Shown: in pieces, positions 31,063 to 39,081 of the stretch | Numbering within the stretch: the stretch's first letter is position 1 | Layout of the letters: the number at the start of each line of letters is the position of its first letter | Assembly (NCBI GenBank): GCA_965140585.1 | Contig: OZ223272.1 | Coordinates: forward strand, 448,001-512,000 | Reading direction: 5' to 3' | Source: Spirochaetia bacterium | GTDB taxonomy: Bacteria; Spirochaetota; Spirochaetia; UBA9216 | Length of the DNA: 64,000 nucleotides | Notes under the pieces: model-generated | What the model was told of the DNA's origin: nothing | Databases searched by the model: none | Seen by the model: only the letters and a program-made list of their open reading frames with translations | Position numbers and translations under genes: made by a program

Positions 31063-32271
31063 CTATTCTCCTCTATCTATGTTCATCATACTATTCTTAT
31101 ATTCTTTAGATGCATTTGAAACATTCATTTCTGGATATACCAATAAACCATCGAAAACAACCTTTGGTTCTATTTCAATAGTATCTCGATAAAATCCAAA
31201 AATAATTCTTTCATTAATTGGAGCATATTTAAAATCGAGAAAAGCATAACGACTACTGTCCTTTTCTCCAATTAATTTCATTAAATTTTCTTCTTTAGAG
31301 TTTTTTACAAAATCAAATTGAAAAGTTTCTGAATCTGCCCAATTATCCTTAAATTCACCTTTCAACCCAAGAGTTAAAATATGATATAATTCTTCACTTC
31401 CATATTTATTTTGCATTTTTTCTCCTATAACTTGTAATCCTTCAATTCCAAGATTCCATTGATTCTTTTTTTGAGCATGCCACAATCCGCAATTTATAAT
31501 AATTTTATCATTTGGTCGAAGCTGTTCAATCTTATTACTAATTTGTTCAAACATAGCTTCTTCTCTAAATTCCCAAGAATAATTCTTTTTATATTCCAGC
31601 GTTTTCAATTCGAATTTAGTCATTTCTATCAATGTATTAACAACTTCTGTATTTATAGTATTTTTATATAGTGATAATACGTTCAAATAATTTCTTAATA
31701 TTTCTTCATAATTAGAAGATGAATGTTCGAGCGTCTGGCTACTTTCAAGTAAATTAATATCTTCTATTTCATTTAGATTCAGGATGGTAATTACTGCATT
31801 CTTAAAAACATCATCTTTATGATTTAGATCAAAACATGAAATTGATATCATTGCTTTATTATTCTTCTTTAATTCAGCATTTATATTTCTTACTTCTAAT
31901 AAAATATCTTTATGTAATCCTAATATAAGGTCATCAAGTATGAACGATTCATCTTTTACATATAAATCATATATATAGGAGTTTGCATCCATATCTTCTA
32001 TCAAAAGATATCTATACCCTTCTTCATAAGCACTTTTTATTATAAGAGATAACATTAAAACATGCTCTTCAATATAATGAGTTTCACCTATAAAGATGAT
32101 TCGATTCTTTGAAAAAGCGGTTAATAAATTTTCTGGTAAATTCGATATTGATTTTGGCTTATCAAAATATGAGGCTTCACTAACATATTTTCGTTCTGGA
32201 GATTGTTGCTTGGTTGTGCAACTAAAAAGTATTAATAAAATCAAAATAAGAGCTGTAAACTTTTTTAACAT
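31063..32271 (-). CDS. Lipoprotein, EreA/ChaN-like (erythromycin esterase superfamily) (cassette 28)
   Basis: Lipobox LFSC; IFIGETH, LLIE, REEAM, IIINCGLWHAQK, FDGLL. Confidence 0.65.
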   Translation of the reverse strand: MLKKFTALILILLILFSCTTKQQSPERKYVSEASYFDKPKSISNLPENLLTAFSKNRIIFIGETHYIEEHVLMLSLIIKSAYEEGYRYLLIEDMDANSYIYDLYVKDESFILDDLILGLHKDILLEVRNINAELKKNNKAMISISCFDLNHKDDVFKNAVITILNLNEIEDINLLESSQTLEHSSSNYEEILRNYLNVLSLYKNTINTEVVNTLIEMTKFELKTLEYKKNYSWEFREEAMFEQISNKIEQLRPNDKIIINCGLWHAQKKNQWNLGIEGLQVIGEKMQNKYGSEELYHILTLGLKGEFKDNWADSETFQFDFVKNSKEENLMKLIGEKDSSRYAFLDFKYAPINERIIFGFYRDTIEIEPKVVFDGLLVYPEMNVSNASKEYKNSMMNIDRGE

Positions 32272-32494
32272 TTTATATATCCTTCATTCTTAAATGTTTG
32301 AGCCATGGACGGCTCAAACTCTTATTCTTAATTACTCTTGGCGCTTATTGACTATAACGTTCCAGGGTTATACGACGTTCGGCAAAGCCGAATGTGGCGC
32401 AGCCCGGAGGCCGTATGGCCGGAGCGAATAACCCTTGTTATAGGCAGTAAGCGCCTCTTTGATTACATGTAGTGAGGCACGGATGCCGAACGGA

Positions 32495-32702
32495 AATCTT
32501 TCTTCTTAATCTTTCTTCTTAATCTTTCTTCTTAATCTTTCTTCTTAATCTTTCTTCTTAATCTTTCTTCTTAATCTTTCTTCTTAATCTTTCTTCTTAA
32601 TCTTTCTTCTTAATCTTTCTTCTTAATCTTTCTTCTTAATCTTTCTTCTTAATCTTTCTTCTTAATCTTTCTTCTTAATCTTTCTTCTTAATCTTTCTTC
32701 TT
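32495..32702. repeat. 13-mer tandem repeat (AATCTTTCTTCTT) x16
   Basis: 208 bp counted directly. Confidence 0.96.
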
Positions 32703-33191
32703 AACAACATCTTCATAAATCATTGAAACAGCATCTGGAATGGATAAGTTTGAATTAATTCTGCTCTCAGAAATAATTCCAATCAAATCTTCTTCTCTCC
32801 ACCACTTCCTCATATCCTCTTCTCCAAAATCAGAACTATTTGATTTCGATTTATGTCGTCGTATTGTCTCTTCAAAAGATAAATCATAATAATAAGCAAA
32901 TATTTCAGAGTCAAATTCTTCTATTGCTTTTTTAAATAATCTAAGATAATAATCTGAGTATAAAATACCTTCTAAAATTACAAATTCTGAATTTCTCTTT
33001 CCATATTTAATTAATTCCTCTAAAAGTGGGATTGCCTTATTTTCAATTCTATCATGAACCCATAACATCTCTCTTCTTATATAATCCTGAGAAATCATCA
33101 TAGTATTTCGACCCAATTTTCTTTGTAATGATTTTGCTAAGGAAGTTTTTCCACTTCCTGAATTACCTCTAATAATTATTAGCTTTGACAT
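32688..33191 (-). CDS. P-loop (AAA_33-like) kinase, copy 1 (cassette 29)
   Basis: IIIRGNSGSGKT Walker A, VILEG. Confidence 0.85.
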   Translation of the reverse strand: MSKLIIIRGNSGSGKTSLAKSLQRKLGRNTMMISQDYIRREMLWVHDRIENKAIPLLEELIKYGKRNSEFVILEGILYSDYYLRLFKKAIEEFDSEIFAYYYDLSFEETIRRHKSKSNSSDFGEEDMRKWWREEDLIGIISESRINSNLSIPDAVSMIYEDVVKKKD

Positions 33192-33379
33192 CTACTTTTT
33201 ATTTCCCTCTTAGAATCCGCCACGGAAGGCGGATTTCTTTCTTCTCGAAAAATCTTGGCGCTTATTGCCTATAACGTTCCAGGGTTATACGACGTTCGGC
33301 AAAGCCGAATGTGGCGCAGCCCGGAGGTCGTATGGCCGGAGCGAATAACCCTTGTTATAGGCAGTAAGCGCCTCTTTGA

Positions 33380-33913
33380 TTACATGTAGTGAGGCACGGA
33401 TGCCGAACGGAAATCTTTCTTCTTAACAACGTCTTCATAAATCATTGAAACAGCATCTGGAATGGATAAGTCTGAATTAATTCTGCTCTCAGAAATAATT
33501 CCAATCAAATCTTCTTCTCTCCACCACTTCCTCATATCCTCTTCTCCAAAATCAGAACTATTTGATTTCGATTTATGTCGTCGTATTGTCTCTTCAAAAG
33601 ATAAATCATAATAATAAGCAAATATTTCAGAGTCAAATTCTTCTATTGCTTTTTTAAATAATCTAAGATAATAATCTGAGTATAAAATACCTTCTAAAAT
33701 TACAAATTCTGAATTTCTCTTTCCATATTTAATTAATTCCTCTAAAAGTGGGATTGCCTTATTTTCAATTCTATCATGAACCCATAACATCTCTCTTCTT
33801 ATATAATCCTGAGAAATCATCATAGTATTTCGACCCAATTTTCTTTGTAATGATTTTGCTAAGGAAGTTTTTCCACTTCCTGAATTACCTCTAATAATTA
33901 TTAGCTTTGACAT
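33380..33913 (-). CDS. P-loop kinase, copy 2, with 10-aa C-terminal extension (cassette 30)
   Basis: Single 13-mer unit, so no TAA is formed; ends FRSASVPHYM. Confidence 0.85.
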   Translation of the reverse strand: MSKLIIIRGNSGSGKTSLAKSLQRKLGRNTMMISQDYIRREMLWVHDRIENKAIPLLEELIKYGKRNSEFVILEGILYSDYYLRLFKKAIEEFDSEIFAYYYDLSFEETIRRHKSKSNSSDFGEEDMRKWWREEDLIGIISESRINSDLSIPDAVSMIYEDVVKKKDFRSASVPHYM

Positions 33914-34133
33914 CTACTTTTTATTTCCCTCTTAGAATCCGCCACGGAAGGCGGATTTCTTTCTTCTCGAAAAATCTTGGCGCTTATTGCCTATAACGTT
34001 CCAGGGTTATACGACGTTCGGCAAAGCCGAATGTGGCGCAGCCCGGAGGCCGTATGGCCGGAGCGAATAACCCTTGTTATAGGCAGTAAGCGCCTCTTTG
34101 ATTACATGTAGTGAGGCACGGATGCCGAACGGA

Positions 34134-34276
34134 AATCTTTCTTCTTAATCTTTCTTCTTAATCTTTCTTCTTAATCTTTCTTCTTAATCTTTCTTCTTAA
34201 TCTTTCTTCTTAATCTTTCTTCTTAATCTTTCTTCTTAATCTTTCTTCTTAATCTTTCTTCTTAATCTTTCTTCTT
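34134..34276. repeat. 13-mer tandem repeat (AATCTTTCTTCTT) x11
   Basis: 143 bp counted directly. Confidence 0.96.
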
Positions 34277-34765
34277 AACAACATCTTCATAAATCATTGA
34301 AACAGCATCTGGAATGGATAAGTTTGAATTAATTCTGCTCTCAGAAATAATTCCAATCAAATCTTCTTCTCTCCACCACTTCCTCATATCCTCTTCTCCA
34401 AAATCAGAACTATTTGATTTCGATTTATGTCGTCGTATTGTCTCTTCAAAAGATAAATCATAATAATAAGCAAATATTTCAGAGTCAAATTCTTCTATTG
34501 CTTTTTTAAATAATCTAAGATAATAATCTGAGTATAAAATACCTTCTAAAATTACAAATTCTGAATTTCTCTTTCCATATTTAATTAATTCCTCTAAAAG
34601 TGGGATTGCCTTATTTTCAATTCTATCATGAACCCATAACATCTCTCTTCTTATATAATCCTGAGAAATCATCATAGTATTTCGACCCAATTTTCTTTGT
34701 AATGATTTTGCTAAGGAAGTTTTTCCACTTCCTGAATTACCTCTAATAATTATTAGCTTTGACAT
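34262..34765 (-). CDS. P-loop kinase, copy 3 (cassette 31)
   Basis: Protein identical to copy 1. Confidence 0.85.
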   Translation of the reverse strand: MSKLIIIRGNSGSGKTSLAKSLQRKLGRNTMMISQDYIRREMLWVHDRIENKAIPLLEELIKYGKRNSEFVILEGILYSDYYLRLFKKAIEEFDSEIFAYYYDLSFEETIRRHKSKSNSSDFGEEDMRKWWREEDLIGIISESRINSNLSIPDAVSMIYEDVVKKKD

Positions 34766-34927
34766 CTACTTTTTATTTCCCTCTTAGAATCCGCCACGGA
34801 AGGCGGATTTCTTTCTTCTCGAAAAATCTTGGCGCTTATTGCCTATAACGTCCCGGGGTTATACGACGTTCGGCAAAGCCGAATGTGGCGCAGCCCGAAG
34901 CCCGAATGGGCGGAGCGTATAGCCCCT

Positions 34928-35328
34928 GTTATGCGACGTCGCCTTTATTAGAGAAAGATTCCGACCAATCAAACGATCTAAATAATCTCCTCTTACCATT
35001 TCTACCCAATATTCTATTCGCCCTTTGCGACTTTCACAATCATTTTTATTTTACCTGCAAGTCAACGAGCAAAGCGAGTGTGGCAGACTTGCCAAACGGA
35101 AAAACCTGTCATGCCCACGAAGCAGATTTTGATAATTATAAGCCAATACTTTTTCTTTAACGTCAGAACAAACATCGTCCAGCGCAACGACCTTCTTTTA
35201 ACAACCAAATCAAAATCCAAAATCTTCCTCATTCCAGGGCGAATTGAATATTGTAAACTATTTGGTAATCACTTGTGGTTCGGAACTTTCTCCACCCCAA
35301 GATCATGCTCCTGCGATGTCCGCATAAC
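34928..35328. repeat. ORF-less cassette family A, copy 8
   Basis: Similar to A1 with small indels. Confidence 0.9.
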
Positions 35329-35406
35329 GTCCCGGGGTTATACGACGTTCGGCAAAGCCGAATGTGGCGCAGCCCGAAGCCCGAATGGGCGGAGCGTATA
35401 GCCCCT

Positions 35407-35809
35407 GTTATGCGACGTCGCCTTTATTAGAGAAAGATTCCGATCAATCAAACGATCTAAATAATCTCCTCTTACCATTTCTACCCAATATTCTATTCGC
35501 CCTTTGCGACTTTCACAATCATTTTTTTTCACCTGCAAGTTAACGAGCAAAGCGAGTGTGGCAGACTTGCCAAACGGAAAAACCTGTCATGCCCACGAAG
35601 CAGATTTTGATAATTATAAGCCAATACTTTTTCTTTAACGTCAGAACAAACATCGTCCAACGCAACAACCTTCTTCTAACAACAACCAAATCAAAATCCA
35701 AAATCTTCCTCATTCCAGGGCGAATTAAATATTGCAAACTATTTGGTAATCACTTATGGTTCGGAACTTTCTCCACCCCAAGATCATGCTCCGGCGATGT
35801 CCGCATAAC
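35407..35809. repeat. ORF-less cassette family A, copy 9
   Basis: Similar to A1 with small indels. Confidence 0.9.
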
Positions 35810-35974
35810 GTCCGCGGTTATGTGATGTTTTGTGGTCGGGCCCTACAGGCCGATTGGCAACTCTTTTGCATTCAGCGCCTTTACCCTCTATCTTGCTACT
35901 ACTTCGCAAAAGTGGTGACAAAGCAAAATATGCCGCAGGCCAAGGAGCGTTTAGCGACGCCGCACATAGCCGCT

Positions 35975-36372
35975 GTTATACGCCGTCACAGAATAAAGAA
36001 AGTTGTACATCATCTTCATAATCTAAACATTTATTTCACATTTCAAACTTCTTTAATATTCTATTCGACCATACTGACTTTCACAATCTTTTTTATTTAC
36101 TCCGCAAAATAACGAGCTTTGCGAGTGGGCCAGTTTTGCATAAACGTTTCTGCATGCCCCAGCCCCGTACAGATTTTGATTATTCCAAAGCCAAAACTCT
36201 TTCATAGAACGTCAGAAAAAAGTCATTGTTTGAAATTTTTCTTCATCAAAATAGAAATCAAAATCTGAAATCATATCTTAGTCGAAGAGAATATTGCCAA
36301 CTTATTATTTCATTATTAAGCGCAGCAACTTTCTTCCACCCAATATCCTTGCCCAAAGTGATGGAGTATAAC
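35975..36372. repeat. ORF-less cassette family B, copy 4
   Basis: Similar to B1. Confidence 0.9.
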
Positions 36373-36622
36373 GTCCGTGGTTAAGCGAAGCTGATGCGCA
36401 ACTAAAGGAGTGTTTTGCGAATGCGCAAAACCGACTGACCCTGCTCTACTTCTCCGTAAGCTTCAGTTTGGGTGAAAGCGCCATGGCGCTTTCACCGCTT
36501 AACCATTGTTATGTGCTTTGAGCCCGACATCCAGACCGTTCAACGGAGTTAGGTCTGGATTCTTCTTTTCTTTTCCCAGGATTCTGAAAATAATCAATAC
36601 TGCTGTAAACACGTATTATGTT

Positions 36623-37201
36623 TTATAATCCTATTACTCTATTCCAATCTGCAATATACATATAAATTCTTTGAAATTCTGATGGTAGTAGCATTCTATT
36701 ATGTGCTATAAAATTTCTTGTTTTTTCAAGTTCATCCATTCTTTGTTTTAACCAATGTTGCGATGGTATCAAGGTTTCAAAAAAATGCCAAAACTCAATC
36801 ATAATTTGAGACAGCATTCCAAAATCTATAAAACCAAGAAGATCAGATTTTTCACCTTCTAACCAACTATCTTTTAAAGCGGATTCCTGACGTCTTTGAG
36901 CATGATCTTTTATTCTATTTGGAATCGAATCCCACCAATTTACCCCGATATTTTCCTGTAATGTTTCTCGAATTAGATCTCTTATTTCATTTTCAAAACA
37001 AAATATTAAACTATATAAACGAGACATTTCTAGTGCTTTATTTCTCCTATTAATCGAGAAAGGAGAGATAACCTCATTTGTTAAATCTATCTCAGTTCTC
37101 GAATCAGAAGCCCCTATTTGTATTCCTGCTTTTTGAAATTTATTTGCTTCAGATTCAAACATTAACCCTCGAAAAAGATAATCTCTTAAATCTTTAGTCA
37201 A
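36623..37201 (-). CDS. Swt1-like HEPN domain protein (cassette 35)
   Basis: FENEIRDLI..L....G.NWW, RNFIAH (RxxxxH). Confidence 0.8.
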   Translation of the reverse strand: MTKDLRDYLFRGLMFESEANKFQKAGIQIGASDSRTEIDLTNEVISPFSINRRNKALEMSRLYSLIFCFENEIRDLIRETLQENIGVNWWDSIPNRIKDHAQRRQESALKDSWLEGEKSDLLGFIDFGMLSQIMIEFWHFFETLIPSQHWLKQRMDELEKTRNFIAHNRMLLPSEFQRIYMYIADWNRVIGL

Positions 37202-37814
37202 TTAAATGCTCCTTAACACTTTTAAATATTGCGTTATAAACTTCTATATCTTTTGTTGCTGGTAAATGTATCTGAATATTATAATGTAATGAAGTTTGAC
37301 TGATCTTCCTTTCAATTGACTCAATTTTTTCTGGCTCGATTTCTTCTTTCTCATTATCATTATCTTCTACTATTTTTGTCTCTTCAACTACATCAGAATT
37401 TATATCTGCAAATTCTAATAGTGAATAAAATGTTTTCATCATCAATTCTGCATTGCGTTCTGAAGTATTATGAGTACTTTTAAACTTACCTTTTATTAAT
37501 TCTTTATCTTTATCTTCAGGATATCTGCTAATAGTAAAAATATCCGAATATGCCTCTTTAATTGCTTTGCCCAAGATTTTTCGTGATAAAGCTTCATTTC
37601 TAAATTCTTTATATTCATCAGTTGGTGATCCATCCTCTGTTAAAAACCCTAAAGCTTTTAATAATGGAATAAATGCTCTATGATTAGTCGAAGTAAATCC
37701 TATATCTTTCAAATGCTGATTAGTAAATTTCCCAGGAGCTTGTCCTTGTTTTATTTTATTAAAAAAATCTCCTAATTGACCATAAACTTGCAGCGGAATA
37801 TTTGCCAAACTCAT
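37194..37814 (-). CDS. DUF5343 domain protein (cassette 35)
   Basis: APGKFT..HLKDIGF, LKALGFLTEDGSPT, YNIQIHLPAT. Confidence 0.8.
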   Translation of the reverse strand: MSLANIPLQVYGQLGDFFNKIKQGQAPGKFTNQHLKDIGFTSTNHRAFIPLLKALGFLTEDGSPTDEYKEFRNEALSRKILGKAIKEAYSDIFTISRYPEDKDKELIKGKFKSTHNTSERNAELMMKTFYSLLEFADINSDVVEETKIVEDNDNEKEEIEPEKIESIERKISQTSLHYNIQIHLPATKDIEVYNAIFKSVKEHLID

Positions 37815-38132
37815 ATTCTCTCCCTTTATTTAAATTATTTCATATATATAACATTATAACGCTAAAATAATAATTTGGATCCTTAAAAATCACAACTTAA
37901 ACATTCTCTCTTCGCCCGTCGGCCGGAGGTCCGGGCGTCTTCCTCTTGTCGGGCTCATTGCACATAACGTCCCGCGGTTATGTGATGTTTTGTGCTCGGC
38001 CCTACAGGCCGATTGGCAACTCTTTTGCATTCAGCGCCTTTACCCTCTATCTTTCTCCATTTCGCAAAAGTGGTGACAAAACAAAATATGCCGCAGGCCA
38101 AGGAGCGTCTAGCGACGCCGCACATAGCCGCT

Positions 38133-38531
38133 GTTATACGCCGTCACAAAATAAAGAAAGTTGTACATCATCTTCACAATCTAAACATTTCTTTCACATT
38201 TCAAACTTCTTTAATATTCTATTCGACCATACTGACTTTCACAATCTTTTTTATTTACTTCGCAAAATAACGAGCTTTGCGAGTGGGCCAGTTTTGCATA
38301 AACGTTTCTGCATGCCCCAGCCCCGTACAGATTTTGATTATTCCAAAGCCAAAACTCTTTCATAGAACGTCAGAAAAAAGTCGTTGTTTGAAATTTTTCT
38401 TCATCAAAACAAAAATCAAAATCTGAAATCAGATCTTAGTCGAACAGAATATTGCAAACTTATTATTTCATTATTTAAGCGCAGCAACTTTCTTCCACCC
38501 CATATCCTTGCCAAAAGTGATGGAGTATAAC
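38133..38531. repeat. ORF-less cassette family B, copy 5
   Basis: Most similar to B3. Confidence 0.9.
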
Positions 38532-38609
38532 GTCCCGGGGTTATACGACGTTCGGCAAAGCCGAATGTGGCGCAGCCCGAAGCCCGAATGGGCGGAGCGT
38601 ATAGCCCCT

Positions 38610-39014
38610 GTTATGCGACGTCGCCTTTATTAGAGAAAGATTCCGATCAATCAAACGATCTAAATAATCTCCTCTTACCATTTCTACCCAATATTCTATT
38701 CGCCCTTTGCGACTTTCACAATCATTTTTATTTCACCTGCAAGTCAACGAGCAAAGTGAGTGTGGCAGACTTGCCAAACTGAAAAAACCTGTCATGCCCA
38801 CGAAGCAGATTTTGATAATTATAAGCCAATACTTTTTCTTTAACGTCAGAACAAACATCGTCCAACGCAACGACCTTCTTATAACAACAACCAAATCAAA
38901 ATCCAAAATCTTCCTCATTCCAGGGCGAATTGAATATTGCAAACTATTTGGTAATCACTTATGGTTCGGAACTTTCTCCACCCCAAGATCATGCTCCGGC
39001 GATGTCCGCATAAC
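38610..39014. repeat. ORF-less cassette family A, copy 10 (first cassette of the array)
   Basis: Shares diagnostic variants with A1. Confidence 0.9.
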
Positions 39015-39081
39015 TCAGAATTATAAACTGGAATATCGTGCATATAACCCTCTAGATCCAGTACTTATAAACCTGTTATTC
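39008..39081 (-). other. Array-proximal (attI-equivalent) recombination site
   Basis: Cassette homology stops at the G/TTATGC junction (39014); the site is an imperfect palindrome ending in the integrase stop codon. Confidence 0.75.

Larger units (their letters stand above)
7966..38616 (-). repeat. 37 attC-like recombination sites
   Basis: R-box to R-box: 7966-8055, 8824-8906, 9668-9749, 11562-11706, 12523-12599, 13339-13434, 14473-14563, 15426-15505, 16167-16257, 17861-17952, 18344-18438, 19155-19237, 19628-19805, 20191-20285, 21405-21496, 21888-21979, 22371-22461, 23205-23382, 23766-23857, 24249-24343, 25066-25159, 26200-26287, 26679-26772, 27469-27617, 28710-28801, 29634-29810, 30196-30278, 30668-30992, 32352-32443, 33269-33360, 33991-34082, 34843-34934, 35322-35413, 35803-35981, 36366-36514, 37962-38139, 38525-38616. 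Each is an imperfect palindrome bounded by TAAC...GTTA. Confidence 0.9.

Noticed and set aside
7966-38616. CRISPR array interpretation of the repeats
   Set aside because: Repeats are 77-325 bp variable hairpins separated by 0.4-1.8 kb, often gene-containing units; no cas genes in the window.
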